Shown here: positions 43,198 through 53,391 of the stretch, in pieces
Numbering within the stretch: position 1 is the stretch's first letter
How the letters are laid out: every line of letters starts with the position of its first letter
Assembly: GCA_963706595.1 (NCBI GenBank)
Contig: OY970166.1
Span: 2,400,001-2,464,000, forward strand
DNA length: 64,000 nt
Direction of reading: 5' to 3'
DNA from: an uncultured cyanobacterium
Lineage (GTDB): Bacteria > Cyanobacteriota > Cyanobacteriia > Cyanobacteriales > Nostocaceae
Notes under the pieces: model-generated
The model's input: the letters and a program-made list of their open reading frames with translations, nothing else
Told to the model about the DNA's origin: nothing
Database searches by the model: none
Position numbers and translations under genes: made by a program

Positions 43198-45303
43198 ATG
43201 ATGAACGATGATGCTAATTCCTCTGATTTTCCAAACACAGGCGTACCAGCAAGCAGTTTGGGAATGATTTTACAACGTGGTGGTGAAGAATTAATTTTAG
43301 AAAAGGTTCTAGACCGTTTCACCGTCCGACCCACAACCGAATTTACTTCCCAACAATTATCTCAGGTTCTTTGGGGCTTTTGGCAACGGAGTATTCCCCA
43401 AGCACATTTAGAACTGTTCACAGTTGTACCCGGACAGTTAGAGTCGGCGATGTCTCAAGCACGGGCGGCTGAGAATGTGGCTTTTGCTGGTCATGTTTAC
43501 ACAATTAAAGATAATCCGGGAACTTTCGTTTACTTGAATGACCAAGTTACGATTCAATTTGCCTCTGGGGTAGATGCTGCCAGAATTGAGGCGATCGCTG
43601 CTAGTTTTGGCTTAGTTAAACAAAAACCCGTCCAGGGTATTCCCAACACTTTTGTGTTTCTAGTCAGCAAACAAGCCAGCGAAAATCCCATCAAAATTAC
43701 TAATCAGTTGCAAGGGTTATCCGAGGTGTTAGCAGCTGAACCGAATATCCTCGTTAAAGGTGAATCACATTACAGACCCCGTGATACCATGTATTCTCAG
43801 CAATGGTATCTTGACCACAAGGGCGGTAAGCAGTTAGTCGCGGGTTCTCATATTTCTGTGGAAGCAGCTTGGGATATGACTCGCGGTGTGCGTTCTGTGG
43901 TTGTGGCCGTAGTGGATGATTCTTTTGACTTGAACCATCCAGATTTGCAAGGTAGTGGCAAAATTGTTGCTCCTAGAGATTTAAGGAAAAATGGCTTTTT
44001 ACCTATACCGGGTGAAAAAGAAACCAGTCATGGAACCGCTTGTGCAGGGCTTGCTATTGCTGAGGAAAATGGCACGGGAATTGTCGGAGTGGCTCCTGGT
44101 TGTGCATTGATGCCGATTCGTAGTACTGGTTTTCTGGATGATGAATCTATTGAGGATATGTTCAATCATGCTCTGGAGAAGGGAGCCAGTGTAATTTCTT
44201 GTAGCTGGGGAGCTTCTGCTGTGTATTTTCCCTTGTCTTTGCGCCAACGGGCGGCTATTACTCGCGCTGCGACTACAGGACGTAACGGTAAAGGTTGCGT
44301 GGTTTTGTTTGCGGCGGGAAATGCTAACCGACCGATTAACGGTACTGTGTTTGAGCGCAATTGGCCGGGAAATCTGTTACAAGGTAATACAAATTGGTTA
44401 AGTGGATTTCCCATACATCCAGATGTAATTGCGGTTGCGGCTTCTACTAGCTTGAATAAAAAAGCTGCTTATAGTAATTGGGGAACGAATATTGCTCTGT
44501 GTGCGCCGAGTAATAACGCCCCACCAGGATTATCATTTCAGGGTCGGGGCTTTATGAATACACAGCCTGCGATCGCCACTTCTCTTCTCGGACGTGGAGT
44601 CTTAACTACTGACCAAATAGGAACCGCAGGTTTTGATCCTGGTGATTTTACCAATAGTTTCGGCGGCACTTCCAGCGCAACTCCCATAGTCGCAGGTGTG
44701 GCAGCATTAGTTTTGTCAGTAAATCCTGACTTAACGGCGCAACAAGTCAAGTTTATTCTGGAAGAAACTGCGGATAAGATTATTGACCCTGATCCTGACC
44801 CCCAATTAGGAATGCGAGAAGGGACTTATAACAGTAATGGACATTCTCAATGGTTTGGCTATGGCAAAGTCAATGCGGCTAAGGCAGTGCAAGCCGCCCA
44901 GAAACTACGCAATTCTGTGTTATCTGCCAGTAAACAAGTCAGGGGAGAGAATTCCCGTTCGTTAAGTATTCCAGACAATAATTTACAGGGAGTTAAAAGT
45001 GCGATCGCTATTAACGAATCCAGCACTATTAAAGATATTCAAATCACAGTTAACATCACCCATGATTTTCTAGGCGATTTAGAAATTTATTTAATAGCTC
45101 CGAATAATCAACAGGTGTTATTACAAAACCGGACTTTAGGCCGCCGCACTAATTTACAAACAACCTATACAATTGCGTCGCACCCGCCACTTAAACGGTT
45201 ACTTTCTCTTTCTGCTAGAGGAAGTTGGCAGTTATGGTTAATCGACTATGCCCAGCAAGATGTAGGAAAACTCAATAGTTGGTCATTGGTCATTGGTCAT
45301 TAG
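43198..45303 (+). CDS. S8 subtilase with C-terminal proprotein-convertase P domain
   Basis: VAVVDD, HGTACAG, AAGN, GTSSATP. Confidence 0.94.
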   Translation: MMNDDANSSDFPNTGVPASSLGMILQRGGEELILEKVLDRFTVRPTTEFTSQQLSQVLWGFWQRSIPQAHLELFTVVPGQLESAMSQARAAENVAFAGHVYTIKDNPGTFVYLNDQVTIQFASGVDAARIEAIAASFGLVKQKPVQGIPNTFVFLVSKQASENPIKITNQLQGLSEVLAAEPNILVKGESHYRPRDTMYSQQWYLDHKGGKQLVAGSHISVEAAWDMTRGVRSVVVAVVDDSFDLNHPDLQGSGKIVAPRDLRKNGFLPIPGEKETSHGTACAGLAIAEENGTGIVGVAPGCALMPIRSTGFLDDESIEDMFNHALEKGASVISCSWGASAVYFPLSLRQRAAITRAATTGRNGKGCVVLFAAGNANRPINGTVFERNWPGNLLQGNTNWLSGFPIHPDVIAVAASTSLNKKAAYSNWGTNIALCAPSNNAPPGLSFQGRGFMNTQPAIATSLLGRGVLTTDQIGTAGFDPGDFTNSFGGTSSATPIVAGVAALVLSVNPDLTAQQVKFILEETADKIIDPDPDPQLGMREGTYNSNGHSQWFGYGKVNAAKAVQAAQKLRNSVLSASKQVRGENSRSLSIPDNNLQGVKSAIAINESSTIKDIQITVNITHDFLGDLEIYLIAPNNQQVLLQNRTLGRRTNLQTTYTIASHPPLKRLLSLSARGSWQLWLIDYAQQDVGKLNSWSLVIGH

Positions 45304-45361
45304 TCATTCGTCATTGGTCATTAGTCATTAGTCATTAGTCATTGGTCATTAGTCATTGGTT
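45280..45361. repeat. STRR2-type heptamer array (TCATT[G/A]G)
   Basis: About 11 tandem units between convergent genes. Confidence 0.92.
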
Positions 45362-46118
45362 ATTTATCTGATGAATTTGCCAGCATTTCTGATTTTTGAC
45401 CGCTTAATTGTTGGAGAACTAATGCTAAATCTGAGGTGAGGTTTTGGGCATTTTGTTTTACTTGTCCAGCAGTGTAATCTGATACATTTAGTGCGGTTCC
45501 AATATTAATTTTTACACCAGTACCCCACTGAGGATAAGGTTGGCTGTATTTGATACTCACGGGTAGGATTTTTACCTCCAATCCTGGCTGACTAGATTCA
45601 GCACTCAAAGACAAACGCGCAATTCCTGGTTTTAACGGGTGAAGTTGGCCATCGCGATAAATATTACCTTCTGGAAAAATAACTAATATTTCACCTTGTT
45701 GAAGTAATTCCACAGCATGACGGAGAGTAGTAATGGCTGGACGTTGAGGATCTACGGGAAACCCTCCCATACTTCTAACTAACCAGCCTTGCAGTCCTTG
45801 GCACTCATTGATAGTTACCATAAATCGCAGGTCTCGCCCTGTCACACAGCGACCAGTCGCATAGGGCAGAACTAATGAGTCCCAACGTGACCGATGGGTA
45901 GGCGCGAGAATCACAGGGCCAGTTAAAGGAATATTTTCCTGTCCGGTGATTTCAATTTGTCGAAAAAATAATGGTAAAAGAACGTGCCGTCCAAATAAAT
46001 ATAATAAAGGACTTAACCAAGGAGACACCCGCGAAGTAGTATGAGCTACTTTAGTATTTACTTTAGTACTGACTGGTGTTTGTTGGCAGGTTTGATTAGA
46101 AGTATAAATTTCCATCAT
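45360..46118 (-). CDS. Lysophospholipid acyltransferase (PlsC-like)
   Basis: HRSRWD, FPVD, IFPEG. Confidence 0.9.
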   Translation of the reverse strand: MMEIYTSNQTCQQTPVSTKVNTKVAHTTSRVSPWLSPLLYLFGRHVLLPLFFRQIEITGQENIPLTGPVILAPTHRSRWDSLVLPYATGRCVTGRDLRFMVTINECQGLQGWLVRSMGGFPVDPQRPAITTLRHAVELLQQGEILVIFPEGNIYRDGQLHPLKPGIARLSLSAESSQPGLEVKILPVSIKYSQPYPQWGTGVKINIGTALNVSDYTAGQVKQNAQNLTSDLALVLQQLSGQKSEMLANSSDK

Positions 46119-46216
46119 GATGGTAGCTGCTGGCTGTTGTTTTAAATATAATTAACCTTGACTTAGTTACACCGTAGTTTTTCTTTGGGGAATTGTGTTG
46201 GAGCTATTGGACAGTT

Positions 46217-46711
46217 TTATTTCTGTCTGTGATTGTTTTGCCGACGAGTTGCAAACCAAGTTTGTAATTGCTGACGACAAGTTGATTCTAAAATGCCTCC
46301 CATGACTCGCAGGCGATGGTTAGAAGCAGCACCATCAGGGATGTTGGTAACAGTACGAACTGCGCCAGTTTTCGGATCGTCCACGCCATAGATCAACATT
46401 CCTAGACGTGCTTGGACAATAGCACCTGCACACATCGGACAAGGTTCTAGGGTGACGTACAGGGTGCATTGATTTAAGCGCCAATTGTGTAAACTTTGAG
46501 CAGCCGCTCGCAGGGCGATGATTTCTGCGTGGGCTGTGGGGTCTTGGTTACGTTCTTTGCGGTTTTCGCCTGACGCAATCAAATTTCCACCCGCATCAAT
46601 AATCACAGCCCCCACAGGAACTTCACCAGCATCGCCGGCGATTTGTGCTAGCTCTAGGGCGCGACTCATCCATTGTCGATGAAGCAGATATTCTGGATAT
46701 TCGATGAGCAT
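46217..46711 (-). CDS. tadA: tRNA adenosine(34) deaminase
   Basis: GEVPVGAV, HAE, EPCPMC. Confidence 0.95.
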   Translation of the reverse strand: MLIEYPEYLLHRQWMSRALELAQIAGDAGEVPVGAVIIDAGGNLIASGENRKERNQDPTAHAEIIALRAAAQSLHNWRLNQCTLYVTLEPCPMCAGAIVQARLGMLIYGVDDPKTGAVRTVTNIPDGAASNHRLRVMGGILESTCRQQLQTWFATRRQNNHRQK

Positions 46712-46733
46712 TTTTCTCCGCCCTCAAATCCAA

Positions 46734-47042
46734 CTATGAACTGGCTAAAAGTGGGTCGAGTTGAGCTTTGGTATCTAGCTGATACAGATCATCACAACCC
46801 CCAATATGTTGATTATTGATGAAAATCTGTGGTACTGAACGGCGATTATTGGCACGTTCGGCCATTTTGGCTCTGGCTGCTTCGTCGCCATCGATTTTGT
46901 ATTCGGTGAATTTTACACCTTTCCACCACAGCAACATCTTGGCACGGATGCAATAAGGGCAGGTTTGCCAAGTGTAGATTTCCACATTGGCTTTGACGCG
47001 TTCTGGGTGGCGACCGAAAAGAGAGTTGAGAACATTCAGCAT
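46734..47042 (-). CDS. grxC: Glutaredoxin 3
   Basis: CPYC, SVPQIFI, GGCDD. Confidence 0.95.
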   Translation of the reverse strand: MLNVLNSLFGRHPERVKANVEIYTWQTCPYCIRAKMLLWWKGVKFTEYKIDGDEAARAKMAERANNRRSVPQIFINNQHIGGCDDLYQLDTKAQLDPLLASS

Positions 47043-47358
47043 ATTTTTTCTTATGGAGTTTTGTTAATTATTTCTAGGGTAGATGATCCAGGATGGAGTT
47101 AACAAAGCATAGCTATAGCAGCCAATTGGGGCGATCGCCCGATGGCAGTACTAGTAAACTAGATATAAGGATGACGGTATTTATCGGGGAAAAATTACGG
47201 TAATTGTCATTATGGCGGGAATGATTGGCATTAAGTAGCAAAACTTAACACATCTGTTAGTAGATAGTATTTCCCACGTGTATCCGCCCTTTGGTAGACT
47301 TGAAGACTGAAATAGCCAGATAAAAAGACATAAGTCAAGCAGTTTAGAGGGTGACTCT

Positions 47359-48396
47359 GTGGAAAATACACTTGGATTAGAGATTATTGAAGTAGTAGAG
47401 CAAGCTGCGATCGCTTCCTCAAAGTGGATGGGCAAAGGCGAAAAGAACATTGCTGACCAAGTAGCAGTGGAAGCCATGCGGGAGCGGATGAACAAAATCT
47501 ATATGCGCGGACGCATTGTGATTGGTGAAGGCGAACGCGACGAAGCGCCGATGCTCTACATTGGGGAAGAAGTGGGTATTTGTACCCAACCAGATGCCAA
47601 AAACTTCTGTAACCCTGATGAATTAATTGAAATTGACATTGCTGTTGACCCTTGCGAAGGCACCAACTTGGTTGCTTACGGTCAAAATGGCTCCATGGCA
47701 GTTTTGGCAATTTCCGAAAAAGGTGGTTTATTTGCTGCGCCTGACTTCTACATGAAGAAACTGGCAGCCCCAGCCCCCGCCAAAGGTTTGGTAGACATTA
47801 ACAAGTCTGCTACTGAAAACCTGAAAATCCTCTCTGAGTGCTTAAACCGTTCTGTAGAAGAATTGGTAGTTGTGGTCATGGATCGTCCCCGCCACGAAGA
47901 ACTGATTAAGGAAATTCGCACCGCCGGCGCGAGAGTCCGACTAATCAGCGATGGTGACGTTTCTGCTGCCATCTCCTGCGCTTTTGGTGGTACTAATATC
48001 CACGCGTTGATGGGTATCGGTGCTGCACCAGAAGGAGTCATCTCAGCTGCGGCTATGCGCTGCTTGGGAGGACATTTCCAAGGGCAATTGATCTATGATC
48101 CAGCAGTTGTGCAAACAGGCTTGATTGGCGAAAGCAGAGAAGGCAACCTCGCCCGGTTGAAGGAAATGGGCATCAATGACCCCGATAAGGTTTACGATGC
48201 TAACGAATTAGCCTCTGGCGAAACAGTTCTATTTGCTGCTTGCGGTATTACTCCCGGCACTCTCATGAACGGTGTCCGCTTCTTCAACGGTGGTGCAAGG
48301 ACTCAAAGCTTGGTTATTTCCAACCAGTCTAAGACAGCCCGTTTTGTTGATAGTATCCATTTGTTTGACGATCCCAAGAATCTGCAATTGCATTAG
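47359..48396 (+). CDS. glpX: Class II fructose-1,6-/sedoheptulose-1,7-bisphosphatase
   Basis: [26 protein letters not shown]. Confidence 0.98.
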   Translation: MENTLGLEIIEVVEQAAIASSKWMGKGEKNIADQVAVEAMRERMNKIYMRGRIVIGEGERDEAPMLYIGEEVGICTQPDAKNFCNPDELIEIDIAVDPCEGTNLVAYGQNGSMAVLAISEKGGLFAAPDFYMKKLAAPAPAKGLVDINKSATENLKILSECLNRSVEELVVVVMDRPRHEELIKEIRTAGARVRLISDGDVSAAISCAFGGTNIHALMGIGAAPEGVISAAAMRCLGGHFQGQLIYDPAVVQTGLIGESREGNLARLKEMGINDPDKVYDANELASGETVLFAACGITPGTLMNGVRFFNGGARTQSLVISNQSKTARFVDSIHLFDDPKNLQLH

Positions 48397-48401
48397 GAAT
48401 T

Positions 48402-48635
48402 TAGGGGAGTAGGGAGTAGGGAATGGGGAATGGGGCGTGGGGACTGGGTATTGGGGACTGGGTATTGGGTATTGGGTATTGGGTATTGGGGACTGTGTAT
48501 TTAGATGGAGAATTTTCTCCCCTGCTCCCTGCTCCCTGCTCCCCTGCTTCTTCTCCCCTGCTCCCTGCTCCCTTTCCTCTTCTCCTGATACCTATCGAAA
48601 ATAATCAATAATCAATAATCAATAATCAATTACCA
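48402..48635. repeat. Mixed STRR heptamer arrays (GGGTATT/GGGGACT, CTCCCTG, AATCAAT)
   Basis: Tandem 7-mers in the glpX-hemA spacer. Confidence 0.88.
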
Positions 48636-48649
48636 ATTAACGATAAATA

Positions 48650-49936
48650 ATGAATATTGCAGTGGTGGGGTTAAGCCATAAAACAGCCCCAGTTGAAGTC
48701 CGGGAAAAGCTGAGTATTCCAGAAACACAAGCTGAAAGTGCGATCGCTCATCTGAGCAGCTATCCCCATATTGACGAAGTAGCAATACTTAGCACTTGCA
48801 ACCGCCTGGAAATTTACATTGTTACCAGTGAAACCGAGCAAGGTATTAGAGAAATTACTCAGTTTCTTTCGGAACACAGCAAACTACCTGTACAGTCTTT
48901 GCGTCAACACTTGTTTATGTTGCTCCATGATGATGCTGTGATGCACATCATGCGGGTGGCGGCTGGGTTAGATAGCTTAGTTCTCGGAGAAGGTCAAATT
49001 CTGGCTCAGGTGAAAAATACTCACAAACTGGGACAGCAATATAATGGTATAAAAACAGTTCTGAATCGATTATTTAAACAAGCGCTGACAGCTGGTAAAC
49101 GGGTGCGGACTGAAACCAATATTGGTACTGGTGCTGTTTCTATCAGTTCGGCAGCTGTGGAGTTGGCACAAATGAAGGCGGCTAATTTAGCAGCTTGTCG
49201 AGTCGCAATTATCGGCGCTGGCAAAATGTCCCGTTTGTTGGTACAACACTTGGTTTCTAAAGGCGCTGCCCAAATCAGTATTGTCAATCGTTCTCAAGAA
49301 CGCGCCCAGCAATTGGCAAAACTTTATCCCGAACAGTCTATATATACTCACACTCTATCCGAAATGATGGCGGTGATTGCCGAAAGTGATTTAGTATTTA
49401 CTAGCACTTCGGCAACTGAGCCAATACTTGATCGCGCCAAGTTAGAAACAGTGCTAGAGTCTAATCGCTCTTTGATGCTATTTGATATTTCTGTGCCGCG
49501 TAATGTCCATAGTGATGTGAATGAATTGGCAAATGTGCAAGCCTTTAATGTGGACGATTTGAAGGCTGTGGTGGCGCAGAACCACGAAAGTCGCCGTAAA
49601 ATGGCGCAGGAAGCCGAGAAGCTATTAGATGAAGAAGTGGAAGCTTTTGAGATTTGGTGGCGATCGCTCGAAACTGTCTCTACAATTAGTTGTCTGCGAA
49701 ATAAAATTGAAACCATCCGCGAACAAGAATTAGAAAAAGCTTTGTCGCGCTTGGGTTCGGAATTTGCGGAAAAACATCAAGAAGTAATTGAAGCTTTAAC
49801 AAGAGGTATTGTCAATAAAATCTTACATGATCCGATGGTGCAGTTACGAGCGCAGCAGGATGTGGAAGCGAGACGACACTGTATGCAAACCCTGCAAACG
49901 TTATTTAATTTAGATGCAGGCGAGCAATTTAGCTAA
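48650..49936 (+). CDS. hemA: Glutamyl-tRNA reductase
   Basis: [25 protein letters not shown]. Confidence 0.98.
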   Translation: MNIAVVGLSHKTAPVEVREKLSIPETQAESAIAHLSSYPHIDEVAILSTCNRLEIYIVTSETEQGIREITQFLSEHSKLPVQSLRQHLFMLLHDDAVMHIMRVAAGLDSLVLGEGQILAQVKNTHKLGQQYNGIKTVLNRLFKQALTAGKRVRTETNIGTGAVSISSAAVELAQMKAANLAACRVAIIGAGKMSRLLVQHLVSKGAAQISIVNRSQERAQQLAKLYPEQSIYTHTLSEMMAVIAESDLVFTSTSATEPILDRAKLETVLESNRSLMLFDISVPRNVHSDVNELANVQAFNVDDLKAVVAQNHESRRKMAQEAEKLLDEEVEAFEIWWRSLETVSTISCLRNKIETIREQELEKALSRLGSEFAEKHQEVIEALTRGIVNKILHDPMVQLRAQQDVEARRHCMQTLQTLFNLDAGEQFS

Positions 49937-49959
49937 ATTATGGGACATGGGGAATCAAA

Positions 49960-50346
49960 TTAACTATCCCTTTGTCCCTTTGTCCCCCAATTTCTACTCC
50001 CCAATTGTGATAACTCTTGGGTTTGTTCTTGCAGTCGGACGGACAGGCGATAGCTTCGCTCGCCAAGGGCATCGCACACTAAATCACACAACTGAAATAA
50101 AATCGGATCAGCTATTTCATAAATTACACTGACTCCCTCTGGTGTTCTTTTAACAATACCAGCTTGTGCTAAAACTTTGAGATGCTTGGATACGTTGGCT
50201 TGTCCTAGTCCAGTCTCCGTAATAATTTCGGTAACATTTTTAGCACCAGTTTTTAAACAACATAATACTTGTAGGCGACTGACTTCCGACAAGACTTTGA
50301 AATAATCTGCAACTTGGCTGAGGGCGCTGGGAAATATCTCTGACAT
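49960..50346 (-). CDS. ArsR/SmtB-family regulator carrying a 7-aa in-frame insertion
   Basis: FKVLSE.SRL, QANVSKHL..L, LCDLVCD. Confidence 0.9.
   Translation of the reverse strand: MSEIFPSALSQVADYFKVLSEVSRLQVLCCLKTGAKNVTEIITETGLGQANVSKHLKVLAQAGIVKRTPEGVSVIYEIADPILFQLCDLVCDALGERSYRLSVRLQEQTQELSQLGSRNWGTKGQRDS
50050..50070. mobile_element. 21-nt SDR5-like element inserted in a HIP1 site
   Basis: GCG|ATAGCTTCGCTCGCCAAGGGC|ATCGC; deleting it regenerates GCGATCGC. Confidence 0.85.
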
Positions 50347-50382
50347 AGAACAATAAATATTGTTTGGTTTTTAGGTTGATTA

Positions 50383-50408
50383 TTCTACTATATAGCAATA
50401 TAGTAGAA
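50383..50408. promoter_or_regulatory. Putative ArsR operator
   Basis: TTCTACTATAT-AGCA-ATATAGTAGAA perfect 11-4-11 inverted repeat between the divergent genes. Confidence 0.7.
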
Positions 50409-50562
50409 AGGTTGGTTCTGCTTGGGTTTTGACAAAGGTCTCATAAATTCATCTTTAAACGCCGATGAACGCCGATAAACGCCGATAAATACCGAATATG
50501 CCTCTAAAGCTATGACCAATCGGTTTTTAATGGTACAAGTCCCTTTATCTGTGGAATCAATT

Positions 50563-50602
50563 AAAAATCTAAAATCTAAAATCTAAAATCTAAAATCTAA
50601 AA
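50563..50602. repeat. Heptamer array AAAATCT x5
   Basis: Directly upstream of the rhodanese start codon. Confidence 0.9.
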
Positions 50603-50606
50603 TTGT

Positions 50607-51143
50607 ATGACTCCTGAAACTAAGTTACAATTAATTGATGCTTCCACTGTCAAAAGCTGGACTGAAACAGAAAAAGTGCATCTGATAGATGTGCGGGAAC
50701 CTTCCGAATATGCAGCAGAACATATTCCAGGTGCTAAACTTTTACCCCTTTCTCAATTCCAACCTGAACAAGTACCTTTTCAGCGTAATACGAAAGTGGT
50801 GCTTTATTGCCAATCGGGAAATCGCTCTAACCAAGCCGCACAAAAACTGATGAATGCGGGATTTTCAGATTTTGCTCAATTACAAGGGGGAATTATATCC
50901 TGGAAACAGTTAAATTATCCCACTAAAATTAATAAAGATGCTCCCATTAGTTTAATGAGACAAGTGCAAATTGTGGCTGGTTCATTAGTATTTACCGGAA
51001 CTATTTTGGGTGCTTTTGTTTCGCCTTGGTTTTTAATTTTAAGTGGCTTTGTGGGCGCAGGTTTAGTATTTGCTGGAGTCAGTAACACTTGTGCTATGGG
51101 AATGTTATTAGCGAAATTACCATACAATCAACGTATTAAATGA
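50607..51143 (+). CDS. Rhodanese + DUF2892 (YgaP-like) sulfurtransferase
   Basis: IDVRE..EY..HIPGA, YCQSGNRS, RQVQIVAG...CAMG..LAKLPYN. Confidence 0.92.
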   Translation: MTPETKLQLIDASTVKSWTETEKVHLIDVREPSEYAAEHIPGAKLLPLSQFQPEQVPFQRNTKVVLYCQSGNRSNQAAQKLMNAGFSDFAQLQGGIISWKQLNYPTKINKDAPISLMRQVQIVAGSLVFTGTILGAFVSPWFLILSGFVGAGLVFAGVSNTCAMGMLLAKLPYNQRIK

Positions 51144-51365
51144 TTCACCTCTTTAATAGCTTCTTAGTTTTTAATAATTCTCATACAAGAGAAAAGAGGG
51201 AGTTATTTAATCAACCTTGTAAAATCAATCGCAAAATCTTTGAGTTGTCAAGTCACTTAATTGGTGTGAGGTTCAAGTTGGTTGCACATCAAGGTTAACA
51301 TTTAAAAATGTAAATTTTCATATCTTTCCATAAAAAATATTCGTTCATGATTGGAAGTAAAACTT

Positions 51366-51749
51366 CTAACCACCATATAATTCTATTAACTCTAACTTTA
51401 CGGTATTTTTACCATAATTAGCAACTAAAATAAATAACTTCAACCATTGAGAACCTAATAAAATTTCCTGTATTTCATCTCCAGCGAATACAGAAACTTC
51501 AAACTCTTGACCATCTAGGATTACCCTACCGCTATAAACATCAAATTCAGTTTCACCTTGAGCAGTTCTTAATTTATCTTGACCTAAAAAAGTCCAATCT
51601 AGACTTTCTATATCCTGTTTATTCATTGCTAAAAATTCAGTAAATCCTGTATCTAACATTGTTTCTACAGGAAAACTGAAATTCTCTCCACCAATTAAAT
51701 CAACTTCAAAATAAATTTGTCCATTTTCTCCAAATCTTCCCTCAATCAT
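51366..51749 (-). CDS. Clan AA (retroviral-like) aspartic protease
   Basis: MLDTGFT, ILLG motif. Confidence 0.85.
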   Translation of the reverse strand: MIEGRFGENGQIYFEVDLIGGENFSFPVETMLDTGFTEFLAMNKQDIESLDWTFLGQDKLRTAQGETEFDVYSGRVILDGQEFEVSVFAGDEIQEILLGSQWLKLFILVANYGKNTVKLELIELYGG

Positions 51750-52063
51750 ATTCTGCCACTAACTCCCGTTTCATTAATGCCAAAAATATGATGAATCACA
51801 TTAGGGTACTTTTCTCTCGCCATTTTACTTGCTACTTCTTTATCCTCATCAATGAAATAATCACCGCTATCAGGCTCAATGGCAATGTACCAACCATAGT
51901 ATTTATCTAGTATTTCTGGTTTTAAACGCTCAAAAATTACCCAGCAACGTTCATAAAATGCCTGTCTTCTCGCTCTATCTTGAGCTTTTTGTGCTTCTGT
52001 CCATTGAATTTCAGGAAATACTCTCCCACGTCTGACAATTCTCTCTGATGGACTTTGCGTCAT
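51746..52063 (-). CDS. Small hypothetical partner protein (DUF5678-like)
   Basis: YYGWYIAIEPDSGDYFID; ATGA overlap with the protease gene. Confidence 0.75.
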   Translation of the reverse strand: MTQSPSERIVRRGRVFPEIQWTEAQKAQDRARRQAFYERCWVIFERLKPEILDKYYGWYIAIEPDSGDYFIDEDKEVASKMAREKYPNVIHHIFGINETGVSGRI

Positions 52064-52162
52064 ATTTTTTACCTCAATATAATTATTGTCTCTACACTAT
52101 TATAAAACATCCTCATTATTTTAGAGCGATCGCGTGGAGTGCAGCACTGGGGGGGTCAAATT

Positions 52163-52762
52163 TCAACCCAATACACCTTGACACAAAATACCTAAAATCT
52201 TGTTCAACTCCTTAATATAGTAATTATTCAAATCAATAAATATCTCTGTTCCTTCTAACTTTAAAAACTTCCAAATATCTCCTGTTGTTACCGCACCATA
52301 AATTGTTTTTATTTCGTTACCTTCCAGTTCATTAAACAACTGTGCTGCTAACATTGCTGCTGCACATTGACCCAAACCACCTTTAATATTTTCATTTTTA
52401 GCTTCTACAATAATTACTACAGGAGCATTAATTGTTAACTGTTCCTTAGAACGACTGATAACAAAATCACAATAACTATTTAAACCTTTCTCAACATCAA
52501 CATTAAAATCTGTACCAGAAAATAAACTAATTTGATAATTAGCTTTACGCCTAACTTCTAATAAAATTGGCGTAATAATCATTTCTGAGCGTGCTTTTTC
52601 TGTATTTATTGCTAATGCTAGTTCCGTAGTTTCTTCTAAAGTGTTAGTTAACTTTTCACTGATTTCTATAGGTTCTACAGTAGCAAATAAATCAGCTTTT
52701 TCATCAATTGTAATGTTAAATTTTTTCCTAAACTTAGTTAAGTTAAAATCACTATAAGCCAT
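52163..52762 (-). CDS. Hypothetical PD-(D/E)XK-fold protein
   Basis: TEKARSE, CDF, IVEAK, GLGQC, YGAVTTG..W.F. Confidence 0.7.
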   Translation of the reverse strand: MAYSDFNLTKFRKKFNITIDEKADLFATVEPIEISEKLTNTLEETTELALAINTEKARSEMIITPILLEVRRKANYQISLFSGTDFNVDVEKGLNSYCDFVISRSKEQLTINAPVVIIVEAKNENIKGGLGQCAAAMLAAQLFNELEGNEIKTIYGAVTTGDIWKFLKLEGTEIFIDLNNYYIKELNKILGILCQGVLG

Positions 52763-52882
52763 TGCTCTTACCTTATTATTTTTAACAGTTTATCTAAAAT
52801 TTAATATTCTTTCAGGAGAACCAATATCAACACATAATATTGATGAAGAACTATATAGAAATATATAGTTTGGGTGATCATA

Positions 52883-53215
52883 ATGAAATATAAGTCTATT
52901 TTTATAGATACTTGGGGATGGTTAGCTTTAGGACATCGTAAAGATAATTATCATCAATCCGTCAAAGAACTTTATTGTCAATTAAAACAACAAAAGACTT
53001 TGATATATACCAGTGATTATGTTTTAGATGAATTAATTTCTTTATTATTTAAAAGAGAAAACTTTCAAGAGGCTACAACTTTTATTGAAGGTATCATGCA
53101 ATCCGCCGAATTAGGTAATTTGCAAATTGAACAGGTGACAATTGATAAATTTAAATTAGCTTATGAATTAAGAAAAAAATTAAACGATAAACCTTATATA
53201 GCGGTTATCAGTTAA
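52883..53215 (+). pseudogene. VapC/PIN toxin truncated at the 3' end
   Basis: IFIDTWGW, TSDYVLDE present; the C-terminal conserved acidic motifs are missing because the frame runs into a repeat element. Confidence 0.75.
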
Positions 53216-53302
53216 GTGAGATACAAGAACCCCACCCCCAACCCCCTCCCCGCAAGCGATGAGGGTGCTAAGATGTACCTTATATAATTGGAAATCGCTG
53301 TA
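53197..53302. mobile_element. MITE-like element
   Basis: Imperfect terminal inverted repeats TATAGCGGTTATCAGTTAAGTGAGATACA / rc TACAGCGATTTCCAATTATATAAGGTACA; TA at both ends. Confidence 0.7.
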
Positions 53303-53391
53303 TAGCAGTATACTTTTCAGGAATCAGAAATTTGGTTGCAGTAAAGTTGTTTATCTAATTTTACCGAAATTATTTGGGCAATGAATTTGAT

